Below, piece by piece: positions 30,850-41,200 of a DNA stretch of 64,000 nt. The DNA is from Methanomassiliicoccaceae archaeon. Lineage in GTDB: Archaea > Thermoplasmatota > Thermoplasmata > Methanomassiliicoccales > Methanomassiliicoccaceae. Made by a program: the position numbers and the translations under genes. The stretch covers positions 224,001 through 288,000 of the forward strand of contig CAVSJV010000017.1 in NCBI GenBank assembly GCA_963728405.1, read 5' to 3'. The notes under the pieces were generated by a model, which saw only the letters and a program-made list of their open reading frames with translations, was not told where the DNA came from and ran no database searches. Numbering within the stretch: position 1 is the first letter of the stretch; every line of letters starts with the position of its first letter.

Positions 30850-31130
30850 ACGCTTTCTAATCCTCTTTTCTTTATTTTATTTGGCAGCGAGAACCCTTTG
30901 AGGAACTGATCCAAGATATCTTCATCATCTCCGCCCAAGTGTTCGGCCCGCTGTAGAGCTTCGCATCAGGGTAGAACGGGACCTACGTATGATCGGAATG
31001 AACAGTGACCCCAGGCACATGATGGGTTCGCCTACCCTGATCAATCTGAAAGCCTTTTCCTTTGATTATTCCAAATCATAGATATATTTAGATCATTTAA
31101 AAAACGGGAAGGGGTTTCTTGACCGCAATC

Positions 31131-31524
31131 TTATAAGAGGTCCTTGGGAACCTTGGCGAACAGCTCCTTCCAGGAGACGAAGCCAATCATCTTGCCGCTC
31201 TTGTCGACGACAGGCAGACGGCGTACGTTCTTCTTGTTCATGAGGTTCAGCGCCTCGGACACCTTCATGTCGATCGGAACGGTGGTCACTGGGGAGCTCA
31301 TGACCTCGGAAACCTTGAGGTGCAGGAACTTAGACTGGTGGGTCATATAGTGACGCAGTACAGTCCCTCTCGGTGAAGATCCCTATGATCTTATCACCCT
31401 CATCAATTACGATCACGCTCCCCTGGTCGTGCTCCACCATCAGCTCGATGGCGCTTTGAACGGAGTCCTCCGGGGAGACGATTTCCATTTTCTGGACCAT
31501 GTAATCCTTAACGAGCGCGGCCAT
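31131..31524 (-). CDS. CBS-pair protein (frameshift near 31360)
   Basis: VKDYM..IIGIFTERD joined to KVSEVMSSPV..RRLPVVD. Confidence 0.85.
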
Positions 31525-31671
31525 TGTTCTCAAAACATAATACGGCGAACGATTGATAAACTAATGGGTCCGAGGGCCTCCCGGGTCGAAGGATATTATC
31601 GACATTCTACGAAATGTGGATGCGGAAGGGAACGTCCAAACTCTTAAGGACGTGGAGTCCACGTTCGAAGC

Positions 31672-32217
31672 GTGACCCGGACATACGATATCTCAGGCGA
31701 GGAGGGCTCGGATGCCCTTATGGGCCAACCGTCCTCTGATGGCGCAGGGTTTTCCCCGGCGACCTCGCCCAGGGAGCTTTGCCTAGTGACCCCATCCTGT
31801 CGCCGGGCCTGGGACAAAGCTTCGTTCAAACCCATACCGGCCGGGAGCGCATTCACCGGGCCGTTCTCCCGTAAATGCCAATCCTACGCCGAGAGGTTCT
31901 ATCCTGGTGCATGGTGTATCCTGGACGCACGCAACGGCTTCCTGTTCCCGGACGAAGTCATACGAAGGCAACACCACGCCTGCCTATTCCGACCTTGGAC
32001 CGAACCTATGAGCCTGGAGGCCCTCCGCGCTCAGGTCCAGAAGAGAAAGCTGGACCGATACGAGCAGATCATCGTCATGGGCGGCCGGCGGTTCATCATC
32101 CTGGTGGAGGATGCCTTCCAGGGAAGGAAAGTAAGAGCACCTTTGGCCGGGGTCGGCGGCATAGGGGAGATGATGAGGGATATGAACGTGGCAATGGGAA
32201 GCGGGCATCGCTTGTGA
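31672..32217 (+). CDS. DUF6884-like protein
   Basis: PA..A.TGPF..C..YAERF...W.IL.A..GF.FP; C-terminal PL.G.GGIG; start uncertain. Confidence 0.6.
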   Translation: MTRTYDISGEEGSDALMGQPSSDGAGFSPATSPRELCLVTPSCRRAWDKASFKPIPAGSAFTGPFSRKCQSYAERFYPGAWCILDARNGFLFPDEVIRRQHHACLFRPWTEPMSLEALRAQVQKRKLDRYEQIIVMGGRRFIILVEDAFQGRKVRAPLAGVGGIGEMMRDMNVAMGSGHRL

Positions 32218-32262
32218 TCGCCCCCAGCTAATCCTGCCGTCGATAGGGGCCCATCGTCTCCC

Positions 32263-33015
32263 TCATTTCTCAAGACCGAACCACTCCGCCTCGTCCTGCA
32301 GATGATAGAACCGGGGATCGATCCTGACCGTGGCAAGAGCGGCTGCCCCGCCCAGCAGGAGGGAGAGCGGCTGTTGCACCAAGTATGCGATCCCCACCGA
32401 CCCCGCGGCAAGGCAGGCCCCTGCCGCGTATCTTAAACGATGGGCGGTAATCGCCCTCCTGTAGTCCTCCCGGAACTCCATCTCAGCATCCGGAGGACCT
32501 AGCACCGAAGCAAAGATGGCCGAAGAGAACAACGTGGCCTCGAACAACGCTGTGCGTGGGTCTTTCCTCGGCCGGACAGCATTCACGCATTCCCGGACGA
32601 AGAACGGCGAGCATACCGCCCGATCGATGCCCTGTTGTACGGCCGAAACGGGCGGTGTCAGGTCCGCAAGCTCGTCCTCGTTGGCATCATGGGCCCAGCC
32701 CATGAACCCGGTGTAGACGCACTTGTCCTGCACATAGTGCAGCGCCCGTCCCAGCGATTTCACCGCCCAATAGTCGTTCCCGAGCAGGTAGGCCTTGCGG
32801 GACCGCCAGGCGTAGGCCATGATCGTGCCAGTGGGCGGCAGGTGGTGCGGCGCCCGACCGATGTAGGTCCGGCCTTTCTTGTTGACCTTAAAGGCCCGGT
32901 CCGGCCGCTTGTCAGGTTCGACCGAACCGGCACACAGCGCTTTCTCCAACTCGTCCGATAGACCCATCTCCTGCGCTATGGCACGAGCGATCGCCGTATG
33001 ACTCTTCCACTTCAT
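32263..33015 (-). CDS. Zinc-dependent phospholipase C/P1-nuclease-fold protein with C-terminal TM hairpin
   Basis: N-terminal W..H, GSVEPD, LGRALHYVQD, H...E metal ligands. Confidence 0.65.
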   Translation of the reverse strand: MKWKSHTAIARAIAQEMGLSDELEKALCAGSVEPDKRPDRAFKVNKKGRTYIGRAPHHLPPTGTIMAYAWRSRKAYLLGNDYWAVKSLGRALHYVQDKCVYTGFMGWAHDANEDELADLTPPVSAVQQGIDRAVCSPFFVRECVNAVRPRKDPRTALFEATLFSSAIFASVLGPPDAEMEFREDYRRAITAHRLRYAAGACLAAGSVGIAYLVQQPLSLLLGGAAALATVRIDPRFYHLQDEAEWFGLEK

Positions 33016-33298
33016 CCCATCCCTTTACCGATACTATATGGCCTGATGTGTGAACCCCCCGTCCTCTTGGACGGAGCTTTTCTTGCTTCATCCATTATCA
33101 CCTTCAAGGAAGGGATTATACGCGGTCCACAAGCGTGAATTCCGGTCGTTCCGACCGTACTATCGATTGGACGGTCAATTCGATATAAACGTCTTGCTGA
33201 GGGGTCACCGAAAGTGACCATACACTAAGCCACCAGCCTCCGCATGGAGACTTCGAGCCAGCATACAATTAGGCCCAAGCGGACCTGGCCGAAAGTGC

Positions 33299-33811
33299 TT
33301 AGCGCTTTCCGCGTAGTTTTATGTCGAGGATGAAGAACAGGATGATGCCCAGGAGGACGATCATACCAGCACCTAAGATTATCTGCAGGCTCGAACCATC
33401 TGGAGAGGTGGTGAAGGCGTCTATCCGATAGCTGATCATGGTATCGTTCGATGTACCGCCGGGACCATCAGGAGACTCGACCACAATGTAATAGTTGCCA
33501 GGTCGCATCTCCACATCCACGGTCGTGTTCGTTATGTTGGAGACCCCAGCCTCAGGGATGGTGTTGAACACCGACCCGGCCAGATACCTGCTGTAATTAT
33601 CGGAGGGGATCACCAGCACGTTGACCCGGGAACCATCAAGGGACCCTATAGAGTAGCTAAGGGTGAACGGCCGTTCCATTTCCACCGACCAGGAATGGTG
33701 GCCGCCATGGGGAATGGTCGCCTCCCCGGTATCGGCGGAGGAGGCGGGGGTGAGGAGAATGACAGAGATGAGAAGAGCCGCTGCTACAACAGAGAGGAAC
33801 GTTCTGAGCAT
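33299..33811 (-). CDS. Membrane-anchored extracellular beta-sandwich protein
   Basis: Signal peptide, PGNYYIVVE, C-terminal TM and basic tail. Confidence 0.65.
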   Translation of the reverse strand: MLRTFLSVVAAALLISVILLTPASSADTGEATIPHGGHHSWSVEMERPFTLSYSIGSLDGSRVNVLVIPSDNYSRYLAGSVFNTIPEAGVSNITNTTVDVEMRPGNYYIVVESPDGPGGTSNDTMISYRIDAFTTSPDGSSLQIILGAGMIVLLGIILFFILDIKLRGKR

Positions 33812-33858
33812 CCAGTCACCCCAGATATCAATTTAGATGACATGGATAATAAGGATTG

Positions 33859-34332
33859 CTATGGTCGGCGAGGACGGCCGTAGAGGAACAGGGCCACGAT
33901 GCCCATTGACATAGCTAGGGACAGGGCCATGACAGTTCTTGGCGGTCATGTTGGCCACTACGATGAAGTCTTGGTGCACTTGATAATTGATGCGGGCCTC
34001 GTCCGGTCCCGGATTTGTCACCACCAATCGGTACTTTCCACCGCTAAGGTCCTCATTGGGCCGGTAGATGGTGGTACCGGTGGCAACGCTGATGGGCGGA
34101 CCACTCGTAGCCCCTCCCTGGTCATCCTCGATCAATTCAAAGTCCACTGGTACGCTGGAGCGCACGATGGCAGTAACATGTGCCCGGGTCACCAGCTCCA
34201 TAGAGTAGGACCACTCACTGCCTGGGGCGATGATCACCTGCCCTTCCTCAGAGTAAGGAAGAGGGACTGTGCTGAGCATAACGCCGACCAGCAGTGTGGC
34301 GACAAAGGCCTTCACGATCACATCTTGAACAT
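33859..34332 (-). CDS. Membrane-anchored extracellular protein, similar to neighbour (frameshifted)
   Basis: Signal peptide, GKYRLVVTN; shifted frame gives TM plus RPRRP tail. Confidence 0.55.
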
Positions 34333-34376
34333 CTGACCTCCTCAGTCATAACAGTACTGACAAACGATTATCATCC

Positions 34377-34901
34377 ATGGCCACCATATTATTGGACATG
34401 CCCATCCAGCGCTTGTTCAGCCGGCGGGACTCCAGAACTTTCAACAACATCACCAAGGAAGAGCTGATAACCCGGATCAGTGAGTTCTTGAGACAGTCCC
34501 AATTCCGCATCGATTTCGCCTCTCCAGTCCAGCTGCACGCCGAGCAGTATTACCAAAAGCTTGGCCTTAAGAGAGTCATGGACGTCTGGGTCGCTGATTC
34601 TGGAACGGGGGCAGTGGTGAGCATTGATTTCTCAGCCACCCTGGGCGACGCGGAAACGGCCGTCGGTCTGGTGGGAGCGGTATTGTTCCTCCCGCTGGCT
34701 GTTGCCGTGGGGGCGGTCAGCTACCTCGACTATGAATCGGACGCCAATGCATTGATCCAGTCCCTGTGGGGCTACCTTTCATCGAGCCAGCGAGTCTCGG
34801 TAGCAGCGACGGCGATGCTCAGACGATGCGGTAACTGTGGGCTCCTGCTCGATGCGGACGCAAGGTTCTGCAAGTGGTGCGGAACACAGGTTCCGTCATG
34901 A
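34377..34901 (+). CDS. Zinc-ribbon domain protein
   Basis: C-terminal CGNCG...ARFCKWCG; one hydrophobic segment. Confidence 0.75.
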   Translation: MATILLDMPIQRLFSRRDSRTFNNITKEELITRISEFLRQSQFRIDFASPVQLHAEQYYQKLGLKRVMDVWVADSGTGAVVSIDFSATLGDAETAVGLVGAVLFLPLAVAVGAVSYLDYESDANALIQSLWGYLSSSQRVSVAATAMLRRCGNCGLLLDADARFCKWCGTQVPS

Positions 34902-34969
34902 TGCTGGGTATAGATCTGTCTGACACTTGGCGGACAAGTTATATAAACTAGAACGGATATTCGAACACT

Positions 34970-35371
34970 ATGTCTCAGGATGGGAAGACTAACTATGGTA
35001 TTGGCGGACAGACCGCGGGGTTCCTGACCATCGCGATCGGCTTTGCTATCCTCGTTTCCAGCTATATGACCAAGAACTTCTGGTTGGTCGTACCCGTTGC
35101 CCTTATCGAGGTCGGGTTCTACGGACTGGCCATGGGTGCTTTCGGCGAGCTCCGTGGCGCCAAGGCGCCCAGCGGCGGCTATCGCTGGGGCAGTGACCCG
35201 GCGTACACGATGTTCTGGGGCAGCCTCCTCGTGCTGGTCGGTGCGCTCTGGCTCGTGAACGACACCTGGCCGAACAACATTCCTGCTCTGGCCGCCGCGT
35301 TCCTGATATGGTTCGGCATCGCCGTAATGATGCTCACCAGGAAGGGCGTTAGCAAGACCAAGGTCTGGTAG
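34970..35371 (+). CDS. Hypothetical 4-TM membrane protein
   Basis: Hydrophobic ORF; TTATATAAA about 25-30 nt upstream. Confidence 0.7.
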   Translation: MSQDGKTNYGIGGQTAGFLTIAIGFAILVSSYMTKNFWLVVPVALIEVGFYGLAMGAFGELRGAKAPSGGYRWGSDPAYTMFWGSLLVLVGALWLVNDTWPNNIPALAAAFLIWFGIAVMMLTRKGVSKTKVW

Positions 35372-35579
35372 ATCGGAAACATAATCATAGACGCGGGTGC
35401 GCTCTGTGCGTTCGACCCCCTGGGACTGTGCGCCCCAGACCCCCGCGTCCAATTCGTTCCAAAATAGTTTGACCATAGGTTTTTCATCATTTACGATGTC
35501 TGCGGCCATCCAGGCCCTTACAAACGATGGTTAATATTATTTAATCAGGTTACCCTGGACCCTCAAGGAGGAGCAGCCT

Positions 35580-36947
35580 ATCCACGCCAAGGAGAAAGTG
35601 GCCCTGATCTCGGTCGCCGCGGCCGTGCTTCTGGTCTCCACCAAGCTCATCGTCGGCTACACGACGAACAGCCTAGGCATATTATCGGAAGCGCTGCACT
35701 CCGGAATAGATCTGATCGCCGCGGCTATGACTCTGTTCGCAGTGCGGGCGGCGGCGAGACCGCCGGACGCCGACCATATGTACGGGCATGAGAAGGTCGA
35801 GTCCCTGTCCTCTCTGGGCGAGACGCTTCTTCTGTTCATCACCTGCGGATGGATCGTCTACGAGGCCGTGAACCGCCTTTTCTTTCACAGCGTTGCGGTC
35901 GAATTGGGAGTGATCGCCCTGCTGGTCATGGTCATGTCCTTTGTGGTCGATTTCACCCGGTCCCGGGCTCTGCACCGGGCCGCGGTCAAATACCGGAGCC
36001 AAGCCCTGGAGGCGGATGCCATACACTTCTCGACGGACCTCATTTCCTCAGGTGTGGTCATCATCGGCATCCTTCTGACCATGGTCGGGTTCAAGGACTT
36101 CGATTCCATCGCCGCGTTGGGGGTGGCCGTGATCACGGTCGTCATCGGCTATCGGCTGTGGAAGAGGTCGGTCCATACCCTGTTGGACGGTGCACCGAAA
36201 GGCATATCGGAACAGGTGTCCGAGGAGATAATGCAGGTGCCTGGCATACACAAGGTGGAGCGGGTGCGGGTCCGAGATTCGGGAGCGGTCACCTTCATCG
36301 AGGCGACCGTGTTCGTCGACAAGGCGCTGCCCGTGGAGCAGGGGCACCGCCTAACGGACCTGGTCGAGGAGCGGGTGAAGGCCTCCATCCCCCACTCGGA
36401 CATCATCGTACACGCTGAACCGATCTGCCTGGAGAACGCATCGTTAGAGGATAGGATACGGGCGGAAGCGGCGGCCATGCCGGAGATCAGGGACGTCCAC
36501 AACATCGTTTTCACTGAGGGGCCGAATGGACGGCTGGTGGAGTTCCACATCGAGATGGACGGCGAACTGACGGTCGAAGAGGCCCACGTCTCAGCGACCC
36601 GATTGGAGGATCGGGTCATGGCCCTGGACTCCTGCATCGATAAGGTCACCACCCATATCGAGCCAGCCGGCTGTCCAGCCTGTCAGGGCGAAGCATCGGA
36701 GTACGAACAGCTGATCATCCAGGACACTATCGAACATATCTCCGGGCTGTTCCCCGAGGTGCTTTCATGCAAGGACATCCACGTCCACCTGACCAATAGC
36801 GGCTACAAGGTGTGGCTGTGCTGCCAGTTCGACCCCAAACTGAGCGTCAACAAGGCGCATGAGGTCGCCACCCGGCTGGAGGGGCACATACGTTCCCGGC
36901 ACAATGAGGTGGAGAGCGTCATCATCCATTACGAGCCCGGCCACTAG
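35580..36947 (+). CDS. Cation diffusion facilitator with three C-terminal dimerisation domains (start ATC 35580 or GTG 35598)
   Basis: EALHSGID, HMYGHEKVE, ADAIHF.TD; three repeats ending H.EP. Confidence 0.9.
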   Translation: MHAKEKVALISVAAAVLLVSTKLIVGYTTNSLGILSEALHSGIDLIAAAMTLFAVRAAARPPDADHMYGHEKVESLSSLGETLLLFITCGWIVYEAVNRLFFHSVAVELGVIALLVMVMSFVVDFTRSRALHRAAVKYRSQALEADAIHFSTDLISSGVVIIGILLTMVGFKDFDSIAALGVAVITVVIGYRLWKRSVHTLLDGAPKGISEQVSEEIMQVPGIHKVERVRVRDSGAVTFIEATVFVDKALPVEQGHRLTDLVEERVKASIPHSDIIVHAEPICLENASLEDRIRAEAAAMPEIRDVHNIVFTEGPNGRLVEFHIEMDGELTVEEAHVSATRLEDRVMALDSCIDKVTTHIEPAGCPACQGEASEYEQLIIQDTIEHISGLFPEVLSCKDIHVHLTNSGYKVWLCCQFDPKLSVNKAHEVATRLEGHIRSRHNEVESVIIHYEPGH

Positions 36948-37369
36948 TCGATGTCCAAGGCCAGGTTCTTCGTGAGCACCGAGCACTTCTGGCGATGGAC
37001 CATCCCGTCGCTGTCGACGAACAGCACCACCGTTCCCTGTTCATCCCGATCGACCTCTACCTCATAGCCACCGCCCTTGGCCTTGATCCTCTCCACCTTG
37101 CCATCTCCAAGAAAGCACAGGGCCTTCTCTACCGCGTCCTGCTGCCTCAGCGTCGGCTCGGGCGGCTCGTCCGATGGCTGCTCCTCGAAACAATGGCCGA
37201 CCTCACCGCGGGGATCGACGATGATATCGATGTCCCCTTTCAGGGTCCTGAACTGGAAGAAGTAGTTGTCCCTTAGCTCATACCGGAGCACGATCGGTTC
37301 ATTATCGCCGGTCATCTTGCCCACGCACTCCTTGGCAATCCTAAGAGCATCCTCGAACCCCACGACCAT
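36944..37369 (-). CDS. PepSY-like domain protein
   Basis: Two repeats of the EDA..IA / YEV.V...VD..G.V pattern. Confidence 0.5.
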   Translation of the reverse strand: MVVGFEDALRIAKECVGKMTGDNEPIVLRYELRDNYFFQFRTLKGDIDIIVDPRGEVGHCFEEQPSDEPPEPTLRQQDAVEKALCFLGDGKVERIKAKGGGYEVEVDRDEQGTVVLFVDSDGMVHRQKCSVLTKNLALDID

Positions 37370-37427
37370 CGACGCCCACCGCAGGAGATGGTTGGGCAGA
37401 CATGTGTAATGAACCTTTCAACGGCCG

Positions 37428-38534
37428 TCAGGCCTGGTAAGGGTCGTTGTTCCTCAAGCAGACGGCCATTTTCTTGGCCACATCACGGACACACTCGCCC
37501 TCCTTGACCTGCCGGGCCATATGCTCCGCAATGCTACCTTGCTCGATGCGCCGCTTGATCAGGGGGAGATACCGTCTCTCCTCAGGGGTGGCCACCCTCA
37601 GCGCTTCCCAGTACAGACGCAGCAGCTCCGGGCGGCAGGACGAGGTGCCTCTCCGGATCGCTTCCTCGTTCATGTCCAGGAGTGAGTCGTGATCATCCTC
37701 CAGGTTCAGGGGCGCCCTCAGCAGTGCGAGGACGAATGCGGTCACCGCCATATCGGAATGAAGGCACTCCTGCTCGTCGCAGGCCTTGAGCTCGAGGCAT
37801 TCGCGGTGGTAGCGGACGATCACCCCGCGGGAGTCGATCCACTCGTGGCAGAGCTCCTCGCCGCCGATCTTACGCAAATCGCGGTAGATCGACTCGATGA
37901 TCTCGTCATGATGCTGGCGGCTGCCTAGCTTTTCCGGGATGACCTGATTGCAGATGAGCGGCACACGTTCCTGGTTCTGACGGTAGAAGACGAGACGATT
38001 GTCCATTGAGCTGGTGCTATTGCCTTCCACGAACGGCGATGAGGCTGTGACCGCCACGAGATATGGAATGAGGGCACGCATGCGGTTGAACATGCTGACC
38101 ATCTTATCCTCGCTCTCGTAGTGGACGTTGATCTGCAACGCCTGAATGTTCAGCCAGCCATGCTGCTTGAGGTCGAAGAGGTCGTTGTAGATGTCATAGA
38201 TCTCCTGGTCCTCGTGGTTCCAATAGGAGGTCTGGTCGAGCGTCAGAAGCGGATGCATTCCCAGGCCCAGCAATGTATACTTGTTGTTCGTGGCCTGGTG
38301 GAACCGCTGCATTCCGCCGTAGAGCACGGCCTCCATGCGGGCAATGCTAGTATGAGGGGTCGCAGGTACGAGCTCGATTACGTTCTTCTGCAGTTCCTTG
38401 CTCAGGTTGATGTCCCCGAAGCGGAACTCGTTGATGATCTCGCCGTTGATGTCCTCGATTATCCGGTCGACCACCGGTTGGGGAGCGAGTTCTGCGTTGT
38501 TGACGGAATATTCGTGCTCAGTTCCGACGGTCGT
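37428..38534 (-). CDS. Glutamate--cysteine ligase (GCS2/YbdK) family protein; probable ACG start
   Basis: TVGTEHEYS, KELQKNVIE, GMHP, IQALQINV, ASSPFVEG, LELKACDEQ. Confidence 0.85.
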   Translation of the reverse strand, partial: TTVGTEHEYSVNNAELAPQPVVDRIIEDINGEIINEFRFGDINLSKELQKNVIELVPATPHTSIARMEAVLYGGMQRFHQATNNKYTLLGLGMHPLLTLDQTSYWNHEDQEIYDIYNDLFDLKQHGWLNIQALQINVHYESEDKMVSMFNRMRALIPYLVAVTASSPFVEGNSTSSMDNRLVFYRQNQERVPLICNQVIPEKLGSRQHHDEIIESIYRDLRKIGGEELCHEWIDSRGVIVRYHRECLELKACDEQECLHSDMAVTAFVLALLRAPLNLEDDHDSLLDMNEEAIRRGTSSCRPELLRLYWEALRVATPEERRYLPLIKRRIEQGSIAEHMARQVKEGECVRDVAKKMAVCLRNNDPYQA

Positions 38535-39026
38535 TGGATAACACCTCGGACAGAGGGAACTCAGCGACCTTCTCGGTCTCTGGCTCCTCCACCTTGCACA
38601 CACTGTCCAGTTCTTCCGGGGGAAGGGTCTGACCAGCTGCCGGATGTTCTGCACGGCCAGCTCGAACTGCTCATTGTAGACGGCCGGGTTCACTTTCAGG
38701 AAAGTGACCAGGTCACAGATGCGGTCCTTCTTGAGATAGATCTCCAGTTTGCCGTTCTTCACGTCGAAGGTGAACGGTCCGGCCATGCATGTTTCCGGCT
38801 TGACGTGCTGCACACGGCACCGGCCCTCGGAATAGCCGACGCAGAAGCCAGTGGACTTGCAGTCCAACATGCGGTGCTCGCGAAACACCACATTGTCGAG
38901 GGAGATCCCGTTCTCCACCAGTATGGAGATGCGCTCCTCGGTCAGTGGGGGCTTAGCGTAATAACAGCAGCGCCCACCGCACTTGTCGCAGATCTTGGTC
39001 AAAAGGTCAAAAGTAATCTGATTCAT
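38518..39026 (-). CDS. YkgJ/UPF0153 Cys-cluster protein (frameshift near 38625 causes an apparent fusion)
   Basis: CDKCGGRCC, C....FC.....C....KP..C..GPF; shifted frame gives LPPEELDSVCKVEEPETEKV then stop. Confidence 0.8.
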
Positions 39027-39358
39027 TTTAGAACACCTGTCGGGCGCCCCCTTGTCCGGGGGACGGAAGAGCCCGCACTTGCGGTTGCCTGGCAAGAAAC
39101 GTCTGAACATGACGCATCGAGGCAGAATATAGCGGTCATTCGAACCCGGGTATTTAGGTTTATCTTTTAGCCACCTGGCCTAGGATCCTGACTCGATATC
39201 TGAACGATCAGCATATGCCTCTTCGATCGATTGGAAGAATGATCAAGGAGGCGAGCTTTCAGCTCTCAAGCCACCTCAAAATTGTCTTACCGTTCCGCCC
39301 CACGGTCTCTTCGACCAACTGGCAGTCAAACGATCCTCTATTAAGAACTATTACTTGT

Positions 39359-40094
39359 CTAGAATTTTTTTTCGGACGTATTGAGCATTTTGTCCACTAT
39401 CAGAAGTTGCTCGTTCTCCATGGGCATCCATTCCCCCTGCCCCAGCCGCTGCGAGGAGATGATGATGGAGCGACCTGGATATTTATCAGTCTCCTCCCTA
39501 ACGCAGTACATGAGGGAGTACTGATCAAGCTTGCAGTACGCCGAGCGGTAGGCGTACACCTTCTCGCCGTCGCTCATGACTAGGTTGAAGCTGGAAGTTT
39601 CCGAGCCCAGGTGGTCCTTGATGTAGTCGATGGCGTCGACTATGCCCAACACGACATTTCCCCTTCTCTTGTCGACGTGGTAGAGGATCCAATGGAACAG
39701 CTGCTCCGAATCGGTCTGCCCCATTATGCGTCCCCGGTACTCGCGGGGAAGCATGTCTATGATCTCGCGCTTTGCGTGCACCGTGCCGTTGTGGCCGAAG
39801 ATATAATGGCCGTAGGTGAAGGGGGTGGGTGTTCTCCGAAGTATACCCTCCCACGCTCTCCTTGCGCAGGTGGGCAATGATGATGTTCGAGTCCGCGCTC
39901 ATGCAGGCGGTGACGAAGCGGGGGTCCCCGTTCGCCGCAGTGGGCGCCTTCTCCACCTGCACCCCACCATTGATGTACCAGCCGATGCCCCGGCCATGGG
40001 GATTGTGCCGCGCCTGTGCCCGGAACGGGACCATCAGGTCCGGCAGCTCGGGCGATTTGGGTTGCTCGACGATAAGGGCGAACAAGCGGCACAT
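39359..40094 (-). CDS. Class II glutamine amidotransferase / EgtC-YafJ-like Ntn hydrolase (frameshift near 39825)
   Basis: N-terminal MCR, IAHLR, NTHP(F), HNG, G.TDSE. Confidence 0.88.
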
Positions 40095-40204
40095 GAACTT
40101 AGAGAACATCTGTCGGAGCTATGTAGATCGTACCGTTGTTCGGCCCGTTCCGGCTAGGGTCGTTAGCGAAGGGCGATGGCAACTGCTCCCCGGACCCATC
40201 ACCT

Positions 40205-40405
40205 TTACACGCGGGACCGGCCTTTGATGAGCGAATATCTGGCGTCAACGCAAGCTGACGATCCCCTTATAACCCCGGCCGCCGCACATTTCTTGTTGAT
40301 CTCGCAGAAGAGGCATCTCTCCCAGACGCGGGGGGTCCCTCGCCATACGTTCGTTTTCTTGTCCTGCTCCGGCACTTGCTCCTTCGCTTCGTTGGAAGAT
40401 TCCAT
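40205..40405 (-). CDS. Small Cys-containing hypothetical protein
   Basis: 66 aa, CxxC-x5-C-x11-C. Confidence 0.45.
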   Translation of the reverse strand: MESSNEAKEQVPEQDKKTNVWRGTPRVWERCLFCEINKKCAAAGVIRGSSACVDARYSLIKGRSRV

Positions 40406-40495
40406 GAACGACCATCCCGGATGGTCATGCAATTGACAATAGAAGTGCCCTTCTCTCTGATTCTCAGGCCACCGCACTAAGTGTCGAGGAGGTCA

Positions 40496-41200
40496 TCAGA
40501 CAATGCTTAACAGCACCTTCCACGCCTCCAGCTCCACGTCCATCCGTCCGCAGATCTTGATGTATTCAGAGACGTAACCGTGGCGGAACATGTCCTTGAA
40601 CTTCTCCACCGCCTCCTGCTCCCCCGGCTTCGGCACCCAGCTTTCCAGTAGCAGGGAGGTCATGGCCACGTCCGCAAGATAGTCGCCCCGCACCGCTCCG
40701 CCCCAGTTGAAAATGATCGGTCCGTCGATGGAGACCATGATGCCCTCCGGTACGTAGTCCATGTGGCATAGCCAGTCCCCGTCCGGCATGCGGGCAAGCT
40801 TCTCTAATAGCCGCTTCCTCTCCGGCTCGGTGATCTCCTTCTTGGCCAGTAGCCTCTCGGTGAGCATATCCTTCAGTCTCGGCAATTCGGAGATCTTGTG
40901 CATGTGCACCTCGTGGTGCTCATGAGCGAAATATTCCGTTAGCCGCCTTAGCCAGGGGGGATGCTCGATGATCCACTGAGTATATGTGGGCCCGATCACC
41001 TTGTCGAACACGATCCCGAACCGACCCCCTTCCTCCACAACGCCGTGGACGAACGGTGCCTCCAGACCGTATTGCCTCGCCAGCAGGGTCTTCTCCATCT
41101 CGACCTCAGCCGTCTTTCTGGACGTGCCGGCCGCGAACAGCTTTACCACCTTGTTCCCCTCGATCCCCTTCATCTCGTAGGCGTTAGCAGCCGGTGACAT
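40496..41200 (-). CDS. Aminoglycoside-phosphotransferase-like kinase-fold protein
   Basis: VVKLF, LCHMDY.P, IIFNWG, G..LADVA; catalytic motifs divergent. Confidence 0.75.
   Translation of the reverse strand: MSPAANAYEMKGIEGNKVVKLFAAGTSRKTAEVEMEKTLLARQYGLEAPFVHGVVEEGGRFGIVFDKVIGPTYTQWIIEHPPWLRRLTEYFAHEHHEVHMHKISELPRLKDMLTERLLAKKEITEPERKRLLEKLARMPDGDWLCHMDYVPEGIMVSIDGPIIFNWGGAVRGDYLADVAMTSLLLESWVPKPGEQEAVEKFKDMFRHGYVSEYIKICGRMDVELEAWKVLLSIV

Noticed and set aside
37428-39110. 560-aa YkgJ-GCS2 fusion in the ORF track
   Set aside because: The linker is out-of-frame sequence. One added base near 38625 gives a natural YkgJ C-terminus with a stop and an SD for the second gene.
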